DNA of 64,000 bases from an uncultured Planctomycetaceae bacterium (GTDB lineage Bacteria > Planctomycetota > Planctomycetia > Planctomycetales > Planctomycetaceae), in contig CAWFGE010000024.1 of assembly GCA_963815195.1 (NCBI GenBank), positions 32,001 to 96,000 of the forward strand. The letters run 5' to 3'. This document shows, one piece after another, positions 31,405 through 40,974 of this stretch. Position numbers and translations under genes: made by a program. Below the pieces are notes generated by a model. It ran no database searches. It was given only the letters and a program-made list of their open reading frames with translations, and was not told the DNA's origin. How positions within the stretch are numbered: position 1 is the stretch's first letter; each line of letters opens with the position of its first letter.

Positions 31405-33516
31405 TTACAGCAGAGCCAGCAAGTCATCGTCGAACACGTTCAGCCCGAGGTCGTCGCTGATTTCCGTGATGATCTCGTTTGCGGCAGCAATCAGGGAGTC
31501 CGCCTCATCATCACTCAGCCGCACGCCGCGCTGTTCTTCCACCTTGTCGATGAAGGATATCAGCTTGCCGATCGCCGCTTCGTCGTTGTCCGGGTTGCCG
31601 TCTTCGAGCTTTTTGATCGCTCCAGCGAGTTCCCTGAGCAGACCCTTATCAATCCCTGTGGGCAATTCCAGGGCCTCGACGTCCCCAATCAGGTTCCCGA
31701 TCGCCGCCAGCGGGCTGAGCACCGTCCAGGTGAAACTGGCGGGCGTCAGATCGACGTTCCCCGCCCCGTCGATGGCCCGAACTTGGAGTGTATGGGAACC
31801 ATCCGCGAGGCCCGTCAGGTTCAGGGAAGTTGTGGCATCCAAAAACTCCTCACCATCGAGACTGTACTGGAACGTGCTGCCGGCCTCATTGGAGTTGAAC
31901 GTGAAGCTCATCGCTTCCGAAAGGGTGGAACCGCTCTCGCCGATTGCCACGCCTTTTCCATCGCTGGCCGAATCGATCGTCGTTTCCGGCGGGGTCGTAT
32001 CGACGACGTTCACCGTGCGGATGACTTGCGCCGCCATGTTGCCGGCGGCATCGGTCGCGTCGTAGGTCACGACATAGGTGCCAACCGTGCCGGCGTCCAC
32101 GGTGTCTCCGCCGATCAGCACCGTGACGCTGGCGTCCTTGTCATCCGTTACCGTGGTTCCGAGTTCCGAGTACGGGAAGATGCCCGCCTCCAGAGTCAGC
32201 TCGGCGTCGCCAACCAGCGTGATCACCGGCGGCGTGTCGTCGAAGACAAACACGTAGGCCGAGCCGCTGCTGCTGCCCGCATCGTCATCTAACGGGCTGC
32301 CGACGACCACCGTCCCCCCGTCGGCCGAGATCGACACCGAGAGGCTGAAGAAGTCGTTGGAAGCGGCGTCGCTGGCGGTGAGCTTGGTCTCCGCGAAGCC
32401 GCTGCCGTCCCACTTGTAGACGTAGGCCGAGCCGCTGTTGCTGCCCGCATCGTCATCGGCTGAGCTGCCGACCACCACGGTCTGGCCGTCGGCCGAGATC
32501 GACACCGACTCGCCGAAGCGGTCGTCGGGCGCGGCGTCGCTGGCGGTGAGTTTGGTCTCCGTAAAGCCGCTGCCGTCCCACTCGTAGACGTAGGCCGAGC
32601 CGCCCAAGCGGCTGCCGACCACCACGGTCTGCCCGTCGGCCGAGACCGACACTGACCAGCCGAAACCGTCGCCTGCCTCGGCGTCGCTGGCGGTGAGTTT
32701 GGTCTCCGTAAAGCCGCTGCCGTCCCACTCGTAGACGTAGGCCGAGCCGCTGTTGCTGCCCGCATCGTCATCGCCGATACTGCCGACGACTACCGTCCCC
32801 CCGTCGGAGACCGACACCGACTTGCCGAAATTGTCGCCTGCCTCGGCGTCGCTGGCGGTGAGTTTGGTCTCCGTAAAGCCGCTGCCGTCCCACTCGTAGA
32901 CGTAGACCGCGCCGCTGTCGCCGAGGCCGTCCAGGCCGCTGCCGACCACCACGGTCTGCCCGTCAGCCGAGACCGACACCGACTCGCCGAAGAAATCGCC
33001 TAATGCGGCGTCGCTGGCGGTGAGTTTGGTCTCCGTAAAGCCGCTGCCGTCCCACTCGTAGACGTAGGCCGAGCCGCTGAAGGAGCCTGCATCGTCATCG
33101 CCGACACTGCCGACGACCACCGTCCCCCCGTCGGCCGAGACCGCCACCGAGTGGCCGAAGAAGGCGTTTGGCGCGGCGTCGCTGGCGGTGAGCTTGGTCT
33201 CCGCGAAGCCGCTGCCGTCCCACTCGTAGACGTAGGCCGAGCCGCTGCCGGAGCCTGCATCGTCATCGCCCCTACTGCCGACGACCACCGTCCCCCCGTC
33301 GGCCGAGACCGCCACCGAGCCGCCGAAGGCGGCGCGTGCCGCGGCGTCGCTGGCGGTGAGCTTGTCCAACTCGAAGTAGGAGCCCGCTGAGAGCAGCGTC
33401 CGAGTCTCGAGGACTTCCACGCCTCGTGAGGTCCAGGAAGATTCCGGTCGCCGGCGGCTTCGGCGATGGCGCGGGGCAGCAGCGAATAGCGAACTCAGCC
33501 AGTTCGTACGTAACAT
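31405..33516 (-). CDS. Secreted FG-GAP 7-blade propeller protein with DUF5011-like/Ig-like domains and a helical C-terminal domain
   Basis: RRSRRR + VEVLETRTLLS leader; seven KLTASDA...FG.SVS.S.DG.TVVVGS..DDD.G..SGSAYVY repeats; DDTPPVITLVG...Y.VTY.ATD.AGN. Confidence 0.9.
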   Translation of the reverse strand: MLRTNWLSSLFAAAPRHRRSRRRPESSWTSRGVEVLETRTLLSAGSYFELDKLTASDAAARAAFGGSVAVSADGGTVVVGSRGDDDAGSGSGSAYVYEWDGSGFAETKLTASDAAPNAFFGHSVAVSADGGTVVVGSVGDDDAGSFSGSAYVYEWDGSGFTETKLTASDAALGDFFGESVSVSADGQTVVVGSGLDGLGDSGAVYVYEWDGSGFTETKLTASDAEAGDNFGKSVSVSDGGTVVVGSIGDDDAGSNSGSAYVYEWDGSGFTETKLTASDAEAGDGFGWSVSVSADGQTVVVGSRLGGSAYVYEWDGSGFTETKLTASDAAPDDRFGESVSISADGQTVVVGSSADDDAGSNSGSAYVYKWDGSGFAETKLTASDAASNDFFSLSVSISADGGTVVVGSPLDDDAGSSSGSAYVFVFDDTPPVITLVGDAELTLEAGIFPYSELGTTVTDDKDASVTVLIGGDTVDAGTVGTYVVTYDATDAAGNMAAQVIRTVNVVDTTPPETTIDSASDGKGVAIGESGSTLSEAMSFTFNSNEAGSTFQYSLDGEEFLDATTSLNLTGLADGSHTLQVRAIDGAGNVDLTPASFTWTVLSPLAAIGNLIGDVEALELPTGIDKGLLRELAGAIKKLEDGNPDNDEAAIGKLISFIDKVEEQRGVRLSDDEADSLIAAANEIITEISDDLGLNVFDDDLLALL
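32250..33365 (-). repeat. Seven coding tandem repeats of 147-168 nt with near-identical cores
   Basis: GCTGGCGGTGAG(C/T)TT recurs at 32371, 32539, 32686, 32851, 33013, 33181 and 33349. Confidence 0.9.
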
Positions 33517-33666
33517 CAGCAGTCTCCCGGTGTGAAGGATTGAGCGAACTGCGGCGGGTTGTGATGGGATCCAGCCAGCCGATTGCGAATCAGGGGGTGC
33601 CGGTTTGAGTTGCCGCGGCGGCATTGCCGATATTTGGACACGCCAAACGTGGCTCCCTAATTTCCT

Positions 33667-33691
33667 ATGCGCAGAGAAGCTCGCGTCCAGC
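33667..33691 (-). promoter_or_regulatory. Putative ECF promoter GCTGGA-N13-GCGCAT upstream of the FG-GAP gene
   Basis: Shared motif, see 31247 and 39304. Confidence 0.55.
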
Positions 33692-33856
33692 CCCGGTGTT
33701 TTTCAACTTTTTCGGATTTTCTCCGAATTGGTGGGGGGCGATGCCGCACGGGATTCCCGGCATCTCGATCTCGCGAGGTGGGAACAATCCCGACCGGTGC
33801 CGAAGCGGACGCGGTGTGTCGGCCGCCAAGCAAAGCGTGTTGCTTGAGCGCGTGCC

Positions 33857-36800
33857 CTAATCCTTGGGTTGGTCTGGTCCGGCGGCGTTCTTGAGCACCG
33901 CCTCGGCCTCGCGGCGGAGGACCTGGCACCACAGCCAATACCACCATTCGCCCTTGCCGGGGATAAATTCGTCCGTCGAGTCGAACCGTTTGGCAATCTC
34001 CTCGAGGGCGACCTGATACTCCGCGCTGGCCTTCTCGGGCTGGCCTAACCGCTGGTAGGCCATGCTGAGGAAAAAGCGAATTCCGACCCGGTCCCACACA
34101 TCCGGCTGGGCCTTACGCATCCACTCGACGGCGGCCTCGAATCGGCCGGCCCGGTACTCGGCCATTCCCTTCGTCAAGACCATGGTCGGGTAATGAGGGT
34201 GTGACTGCGTTCCGACGAGGCAGCGGTCGGCTAGCCGCAGCAACTCCTTGGGATCTCCCCCTTCTTCCGACAGGAGGAGGCCCCAGAACAGAATATCCGC
34301 CACTACCAGCGAGTCGGATTCGCTGTAGCGTTCAAGTAACAACCCGGCATTCCGCTTATAGGTCACGCGGTCGTTCAGATACAGGGGCAGCGGGGCGATG
34401 CGATAGAAATAGACCCGGTCGCCCTGACCTATGGCGAAGTAGCCATCGAAGGGGGGTGCCGCCTGTTCCCAGCGCCCCTGTTTGGCGAAAGCCTGGCCAA
34501 CCTGGAGAAGGATCAAAGGATCCGACACCAACCCCGGGGCCCGGGCCAGATCGGCCTTTGCCTCGTTCAGCGGGTTGGCGCGGGCGTTTAGCATACCGCG
34601 AACGGCATGCTCCTCCTCTGTGGCCAGTTCGGCGCCTTCGAGTTGCTTGAGATGGAAAGCAAAGGCCGCGGTCTTCTTCGGGTCGCCCGCGTACAGTTTC
34701 GCCAATCTCAGGTGAGTGGCGATCGCGTGGCGGTCGGCCATTTGTAATCGAGCGGCCCGGTCCCGATCGGCTTCATTCTCCACCGACCACAGAGCGATCA
34801 CTGAGAACTGATCATGGCAGATGGCCCCGAGCCGTTGTCCATCGGAGCTAAAGCGAACCCGCGGGTTAAACCGGCGCGAATCGGGAAACAAGTGCTTACG
34901 CCCCAGTAGGGTGAGCAGTTCATGACCCGAGGCGACATCGAGCAATTTGACTTGCAGCTGGCTGGCAATGGCGAGCCGATTTCCCTCGGGGCTGAATGCC
35001 AGGTCCCTGGCCGCTTCGGGTCCGTCGCGGCTGACCTTTGGTTGCGCCGCCGACATGTCCCAGATCAGGACCGTCCGCGCAGAGCCGGCCGCCGCCAGAC
35101 GTGCGCCATCCGCGCTGAAGCCCAGGGCCTGGAACGGCTCGTCCTCACCTTGGATGGCAGGGGAACCCGTGAACTCGCCCGCGACCTTCGTGCTGCCCAC
35201 GTCGTAAACGCGCACGACGGGCCTGGACCAAGGGGCTTGCGCTTTTGCCCTGGGCATGATGAGCCGGCCAGCAATGGCGAGTTGGCTCCCATCCGGGCTC
35301 AACGCCAGTCGCGTCACGATGAGATTCGCTTCGTCGATTTGGAACAGCGGCCGGCCCTCGGCCGCGTCCCAGACCTTAACTTCCGCGTGCCCGGGCGTGT
35401 CAGGGGTGGGTTGCCCTGCAGTCGCAATGTGCGTCCCGCCTGCGTTAATGGTCACAAACCGTAAGTCCTGCCGGTGCCCCTTGAGGACGGACCGCTCCCG
35501 GCCGGTTGCCGCCTCCCAACACTTGGCGATTTTGGGATCGTCCCGGCTGATCCCGGCGAGCCAACGACCCTCGGCGTCCAGGCAAGCGGGCTCAGCGGGC
35601 GACTGCCATTGATCCGTCAGAGCGACGGCCGACCGGGAACGCCACATTGTCTGGGAGTCGCAGTCGAAGGAGTGGACCTTTCCCCCACGGCTAACGGCGA
35701 TGAGCCGCCTCCCCTCGTCGGCGAAGGCGATGGCCTCAGGGTGATCCACCGGGCTGGTGTCGATCAGGCCGTGCTCTGTGTCCTGGCTCAGGCCCCAGAC
35801 CTTGACAGTCCCATCGAGACTCCCCGACGCCAGGCGCTGCCCGTCCGCGCTGAACGCCAGGCTCAACACCTGGCCACGATGCCCCCGATACTCGCGGAGT
35901 TCGTCACCATCGGGCACGGGCCAGATCCGCACGACTCCGTCCGTGGACGCGGCGGCCAACTGGTCTCCGGCGGGGCTGAAGGCGCCGGCGGCGAATCCCT
36001 GCGCCTCCCCGAGTGTCTTCAGCACTTTCCCGGACGCGGCGTCCCATAACACCACGCCGCCCACGTGCCAGGTCGCCACGTAACGCCCATCGGAACTCCA
36101 ATCAACGCCGTTCGCGATCACCGTACTCCGGTCCAGCGCCAGCGTCTCGACGCCCCGCTCCAGATCCCAGATTTTGACTCGCCCCCACCCCCAATTCCGA
36201 TAACTGGCGGCGAGGCGGAGGCCATCGGGACTGAAGACCACTCCTGTTGTCGAATATTCGGGATCCATCGGCAGCGTCGTGCGCGGGACGAGTTGACCGT
36301 CGGATGGCGGGGGCACGTCGCAGATATCGATTTTGCCGAGCGACCCAGCGACCAGAACTTTGCTGTCGGGGCTGAAGGCCACGCTGGTCACGCCGAGTCC
36401 CCAGGTCCCGCTGAGGAGACTTCGCCCCGGCAGGACCCCCAGCAAGTCCCCGGAGGCGGCGTCCCACAGCCGCGCCGTGCCGTCCTGGCTACCCGATGCC
36501 AGAAACTGGCTATCGGGGCTGAAGGCGACAGCCGTGATCACGTTTTTGTGGCCGCGGAGGGTGCGCAACCGCGAACCGCTGGCGGCATCCCACAGAATGA
36601 CCTCGCCGGGCTCGATGCCCGTTTCTCCTTCGGACCTCCAGGATGGATTGCCGCCGCCGGCCGTGGCGAGCAACCTGCCGTCAGGGCTGTAGGCGAGGGC
36701 ATAGACCCAGTTCGCGTGTCCCCCGAGCGTCATGAGGTCGCCGTGACAGAGCTGCTTGAGGAATCGCCACTCCCAGCCGCGGCGCCCCTCAGGGCAGCGG

Positions 36801-38494
36801 TTGAGGATGTCCTCGGTGTCGGTGACGTTGTTGCCGCGGTACTTGAGTTGAGCGCGAACGATGTTGCTGCTATATAAGGCTGCCGCCGTTCGCTCCTCGG
36901 ACGCTTTGGCCTCATCTCGAGCCGATTCCGCGTCCCGACGCTGCGCGTGCTCGTCGTTCCGTGCAATTTCTGCCAACCGCCACTGCCAGAACACGCCCGC
37001 GAACCCAATCAGGATCACCAGCACAATCCCCGCCAGCAGACTCGCTGGCAGCGGGTTGCGGTGGCACCAGCGCCAGAACTTCTCCACTTCGCTGACGCAA
37101 CGCGCCTGGATGGGGCGGTCTTCCACGTAGCGTTTCAGGTCCTCCGCCAGATCGGCCGCCGTCTGGTAGCGGTGGCTCGGGTCCCGGGCCACCGCTTTGA
37201 GAACCACCGTCTCTAGGTCTAGCGGGATTGCTGGATTCAGCTTCCGAAGTTTTACGGGTTCATCGTGCATCATCTGCTTGACGAGCTTGTTCCGGTCCGA
37301 TTCGCGAAAGGCCGGTTGCAAAGCGAGCAACTCATACAGCGTCAGGCCGAGGCTGTACACGTCGCTGCGGGCATCTCCCTGGCCGTTGAAGCGCTCGGGC
37401 GCCATGTACCGCAGTGTTCCGAGCACATCGCCGGTCTGGGTCAGGTTGTCTCCCTCGCCGGTCCACGCCAGGCCAAAGTCGGCGATCCACAGGTTGCCGT
37501 ACACATCCAACAACAGATTGGCCGGCTTGACGTCCCGGTGCAGGATGCCCTGCTGGTGGGCGTATTCCAGCCCCGCCGCCGCCTGCATGCCGATCCGCGC
37601 GACGCTGTGCCAATAGACCTGTTGGGGTTTCGTTCCGGCCTGGCTCGCAGCCACCCGTTGCAGCGAGGAATTGGACAGCGAGAACGTATCGGAAAGTCGG
37701 CCCCTTTTCGCCTCGGCCGAAGAATTTCCACCTGGATCGTGCTCCTCGCCTTCCTGTCCGGCGTCTCCGATTTTCGTATCGTTCCCGGCAAGCGAGACGG
37801 CGGACGAGCCGGCCGGATCGCATTTCGTGACTGGACGCAGAAACCGGCCCGACAACAGCGACTCGGCCGCGACAGCCGCAGAGCCATCCCGCGGCGCGAC
37901 GTCCCGTTCGTCCTTCGCTCTCTGGCGGGTCTGCGAGGCCTCTCCATACCGGCGTTCAACCAGTTCCTCGAGTACTTCATCGAGTCCCAGTCCCGGGATG
38001 TACTGCATGACGTAGTAGTGAAGGGCTCCCTCCTCGCCGACCCCGAAAACGGGAACGATATTCGTATGGTGCAGGCTCCCGGCCGCTTTCGCCTCGCGGT
38101 GGAACCGCTTGAGTTGCCGGTGGTCTCGAAACCGTGATTGCAACAAGACCTTGAGGGCGACGTGTCGGCTCAAAGAGAGCTGCTCAGCCTCGTAAACAAC
38201 CCCCATCCCGCCTCGGCCGATCTCCCGCAAAATACGGTAATCGCCCAATTGTCGCGGGTGTTGAAGAGCGTGGTCGGGCGGAATGTCCGCCGGATCCCAC
38301 TCCCCCGTGTCGCTGTGGGGAGCGATCTTCTCCATCACCACCAAGGCGGGAAAAAGCTCCCGAATTTCCGCGGCATGCTGCGGACAACGGCGGATGTACT
38401 CGCTTAGCTGAGGTTCTTCGCCGCGCCGGTAGCGTTCGACGAACTCCTCCGCCAACCTCTCGACTGTTTCGCGTCGCGGTTTGGAGCTTTCCAC
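33857..38494 (-). CDS. Ser/Thr protein kinase with one TM helix, WD40 propellers and C-terminal TPRs
   Basis: GRGGMG, HRDVKPAN, DFGLA, GTLRYMAPE; TM 'LLAGIVLVILIGFAGVFWQW'; RGWEW motif; GH...V..AFSPD..WD repeats; GMAEYRAGRF TPR. Confidence 0.94.
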   Translation of the reverse strand: MESSKPRRETVERLAEEFVERYRRGEEPQLSEYIRRCPQHAAEIRELFPALVVMEKIAPHSDTGEWDPADIPPDHALQHPRQLGDYRILREIGRGGMGVVYEAEQLSLSRHVALKVLLQSRFRDHRQLKRFHREAKAAGSLHHTNIVPVFGVGEEGALHYYVMQYIPGLGLDEVLEELVERRYGEASQTRQRAKDERDVAPRDGSAAVAAESLLSGRFLRPVTKCDPAGSSAVSLAGNDTKIGDAGQEGEEHDPGGNSSAEAKRGRLSDTFSLSNSSLQRVAASQAGTKPQQVYWHSVARIGMQAAAGLEYAHQQGILHRDVKPANLLLDVYGNLWIADFGLAWTGEGDNLTQTGDVLGTLRYMAPERFNGQGDARSDVYSLGLTLYELLALQPAFRESDRNKLVKQMMHDEPVKLRKLNPAIPLDLETVVLKAVARDPSHRYQTAADLAEDLKRYVEDRPIQARCVSEVEKFWRWCHRNPLPASLLAGIVLVILIGFAGVFWQWRLAEIARNDEHAQRRDAESARDEAKASEERTAAALYSSNIVRAQLKYRGNNVTDTEDILNRCPEGRRGWEWRFLKQLCHGDLMTLGGHANWVYALAYSPDGRLLATAGGGNPSWRSEGETGIEPGEVILWDAASGSRLRTLRGHKNVITAVAFSPDSQFLASGSQDGTARLWDAASGDLLGVLPGRSLLSGTWGLGVTSVAFSPDSKVLVAGSLGKIDICDVPPPSDGQLVPRTTLPMDPEYSTTGVVFSPDGLRLAASYRNWGWGRVKIWDLERGVETLALDRSTVIANGVDWSSDGRYVATWHVGGVVLWDAASGKVLKTLGEAQGFAAGAFSPAGDQLAAASTDGVVRIWPVPDGDELREYRGHRGQVLSLAFSADGQRLASGSLDGTVKVWGLSQDTEHGLIDTSPVDHPEAIAFADEGRRLIAVSRGGKVHSFDCDSQTMWRSRSAVALTDQWQSPAEPACLDAEGRWLAGISRDDPKIAKCWEAATGRERSVLKGHRQDLRFVTINAGGTHIATAGQPTPDTPGHAEVKVWDAAEGRPLFQIDEANLIVTRLALSPDGSQLAIAGRLIMPRAKAQAPWSRPVVRVYDVGSTKVAGEFTGSPAIQGEDEPFQALGFSADGARLAAAGSARTVLIWDMSAAQPKVSRDGPEAARDLAFSPEGNRLAIASQLQVKLLDVASGHELLTLLGRKHLFPDSRRFNPRVRFSSDGQRLGAICHDQFSVIALWSVENEADRDRAARLQMADRHAIATHLRLAKLYAGDPKKTAAFAFHLKQLEGAELATEEEHAVRGMLNARANPLNEAKADLARAPGLVSDPLILLQVGQAFAKQGRWEQAAPPFDGYFAIGQGDRVYFYRIAPLPLYLNDRVTYKRNAGLLLERYSESDSLVVADILFWGLLLSEEGGDPKELLRLADRCLVGTQSHPHYPTMVLTKGMAEYRAGRFEAAVEWMRKAQPDVWDRVGIRFFLSMAYQRLGQPEKASAEYQVALEEIAKRFDSTDEFIPGKGEWWYWLWCQVLRREAEAVLKNAAGPDQPKD

Positions 38495-38645
38495 AGGCCA
38501 GCCCGTTGCAAAGGTGACGATTGGTTGCGGCGAAAGTGGGGAAAAACCCTACGTTACCATGCACCGTTCGCATTGGCCATCAAAATCCGTTTCGGAAATC
38601 AGAAAACAACCGTCAGCTCGGAACGGCCCACGGCATGGGCCGCCT

Positions 38646-39278
38646 TCACGAGTCAAACAAGCCAGGGATTCTGCGAAACTCATCGTGGAGGCGTTTGAGC
38701 GCCCGCAAATAGCGGCTGCTGGCGGTCGATTCGCTGATTTCCAGGGTCTGCGCGGCCTCGATGTTTTTCAACTGCTCGAAATGACGCAAGGCCAAAATCT
38801 CCCGGTCGAGCGGGTCCATGCTGTTCAATACGTCCTGGACCCGGATCCGTATCTCCGCCTTAACGGCCGCCTCCGAAGGGGACGTCAGTTGTCCCAACAG
38901 ATGGGCGGCCAGCGACGCGGTACTGGCGGAGGGCAGCGCCCCGCGGTGCAGTGACACCTCCAGTGCGGCATCCCGCATCTGGGCGCCCAGGTGCCGGCGG
39001 TGTGCATCAATGATTTTCTCCCCAGTCAGGTGCCGCAGCCACAGAAAAAAGGGCAACGGTCGATCGCGGAGGTAATCGCCTAGCCGTTTCGCCGCTTCCA
39101 GGTACGCATCCTGAACAATGTCGGAATCGTCCACTCGCCCCTGAAGTCGGCGACTGAGCCGCAGCCGCACCATCCGCTTGATCCGCTTGCGGTAGCGACA
39201 CAGCAGCCCATCCACCGCGTCCGCATCGTGATCGGCGGCACGTTCCAGCAGTCTTTCGATTTCGTCGGCGTCGTTCAT
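38646..39278 (-). CDS. ECF sigma-70 factor, Planctomycetaceae kinase-associated type
   Basis: RL..RLQGRVDDSDIVQ, FFLWLR, HRRHLGAQMRD, TSPS, DREIL.LRHFEQL.N.E.A..L and RYLRAL.RL; AGGAG RBS. Confidence 0.94.
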   Translation of the reverse strand: MNDADEIERLLERAADHDADAVDGLLCRYRKRIKRMVRLRLSRRLQGRVDDSDIVQDAYLEAAKRLGDYLRDRPLPFFLWLRHLTGEKIIDAHRRHLGAQMRDAALEVSLHRGALPSASTASLAAHLLGQLTSPSEAAVKAEIRIRVQDVLNSMDPLDREILALRHFEQLKNIEAAQTLEISESTASSRYLRALKRLHDEFRRIPGLFDS

Positions 39279-39303
39279 CGGAAAGTCGATCTCCTACTAG
39301 ATT

Positions 39304-39328
39304 ATGCGCAGACCGACTTCGCTCTAGC
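39304..39328 (-). promoter_or_regulatory. Putative autoregulatory ECF promoter GCTAGA-N13-GCGCAT
   Basis: Ends 25 nt upstream of the sigma ATG and just before its AGGAG RBS; matches the two downstream motifs. Confidence 0.55.
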
Positions 39329-39732
39329 TCACAAATTCTCCAGATTTCAATCCTTCTCCCTGAATTGGCTTCCCTGCGAGGTTGTCAACCGTTCATTACG
39401 CGCCATCTCCATTTGACGTAAGAGGCATCTTCGGCAATCTGGTTCCCAATAAATGGATGATGCCGCTCCCGGATCCGTTTGGCGCAGCGGTTGGAAAACC
39501 CGAAGCGGTTTCGAGTTCCGCCCAGCCGCAGGCAGTCAAGGACACCTCTGAAGCAGAGTCGGCATTTTGACGACAAGAACACTTGGCGGGCCGGCGAGCC
39601 ATCCCAAGGCCAAAGCACGCCCGTCGAACGAACCGAATCGGGGGTAACAACCCTTTACCTCCCGTTCTCGACGTCGGATTTTGTAAACGTGGCAAGAACA
39701 CCCGGCGCATAACCGTCGCTCTTTGCGGACGG

Positions 39733-40974
39733 TCAATCTGTTTGCAGGATGCCGGTTCCATTCGGTGTGTCGGACGGAAGCGGATTCGGGGCGGCTCGAT
39801 CCGCTCTTGGGTGGTGAGGATGCCTTGATTGCGGCAAAAACGCGGTCTTGTAATCCCACCCGCTGGCTTGGATTGGTTCTCGACCATCTTCGGCGGATGG
39901 GGGTGACTGTTTGGGCACAGCCATCGGTTTCGTGGGGTTAATCATTACCTCCACGGGGAGGCCCACCACGAGTTGGCGGGCATCTTTTAGCTCGATCACG
40001 ACTTCTCGTGTGCGGACATCCAGCATCTCATTGGGTTTATGGGTCCGATATTGCTTTTGATCCAGCAGGGGAGCGCAAAACACGACTTTTCCTGAAAAGG
40101 TTTTGTCACCGAGACCATCCACTTTCACTTGGGCCGAATCGCCGAGCGTCACATTCAAGGCATGCAGTTCCTCGACGTAGGTCCGCACCCGAATCGTGTC
40201 GAGATTGGCCAGGATCAAAACCGGTTCCGGGTCCGTGTCGGTCACCATCTCGCCGGTTTGCTTTAAGACATGCAGGATGGTCCCATCAATGGGCGAGACC
40301 AGGCGGGTTTGGTTCAGCATAGCTTGGGCGTGCTGCAAGTTCGCGCTCGCCACCTCAACTTGTTTGGAGGCGACTTCCAGATCATCGTTGCGAGCGGGGG
40401 CTTCCACTTCGGCGGCGAGGGCTTGTTGTTCGCTGAGCCGGGCTTTCGCCGTCTCCAAGGCATAAAACGCCTCGCTCCACTCCGAATCGGCAGCGGCGCG
40501 TTTGTCAAACAGGCGTTTAATCCGGAGCGCCTGATCTTCCAATCGCTTCACTTCCGCTTCCGCAACCAGAACTTTTGCCTGAGCGACTCGGCGGGTCTCC
40601 AGGCGGGCGGCGTTGACCAGTCTTGTGCGTTGGGTCATTGCCAGGGCAAGGTCGGCCTCGGCTTGGATCACTCGCTGCGTGAGAATGTCCGACGCCAGGT
40701 TCGCAATCAACTGCCCGCTCTGGATGCGGTCTCCTTCGCGGACGGATAAGCTCTCCAGCCGGCCGGGAATCTCGAAGCGGAGTTCGATGGTTTCAGTGGC
40801 CCCCTCGACAAAACCCGTGGCGTGGATGGTATCGGACGACATACCGGTTGCAGAAACAGTCCGCGTGGGCAAGGAATGGGACTCGGGTTGCGGAATCATT
40901 GCCGCAATTTCAGCCTGATACTTCCAACCGACGGCACCCGCCGCAATCACGAATATCAAAATGAACCATTTCAT
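39733..40974 (-). CDS. HlyD-family membrane fusion (periplasmic adaptor) protein
   Basis: N-terminal TM, lipoyl half-motifs (V.EGD.I..GQ..A; SPIDGTI) and coiled coil; ATGA overlap with the ABC ATPase. Confidence 0.9.
   Translation of the reverse strand: MKWFILIFVIAAGAVGWKYQAEIAAMIPQPESHSLPTRTVSATGMSSDTIHATGFVEGATETIELRFEIPGRLESLSVREGDRIQSGQLIANLASDILTQRVIQAEADLALAMTQRTRLVNAARLETRRVAQAKVLVAEAEVKRLEDQALRIKRLFDKRAAADSEWSEAFYALETAKARLSEQQALAAEVEAPARNDDLEVASKQVEVASANLQHAQAMLNQTRLVSPIDGTILHVLKQTGEMVTDTDPEPVLILANLDTIRVRTYVEELHALNVTLGDSAQVKVDGLGDKTFSGKVVFCAPLLDQKQYRTHKPNEMLDVRTREVVIELKDARQLVVGLPVEVMINPTKPMAVPKQSPPSAEDGREPIQASGWDYKTAFLPQSRHPHHPRADRAAPNPLPSDTPNGTGILQTD

Noticed and set aside
32250..33365. 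Regular repeats as a CRISPR array
   Set aside because: Units are 147-168 nt, in frame, encode FG-GAP blades; no unique spacers and no cas genes.
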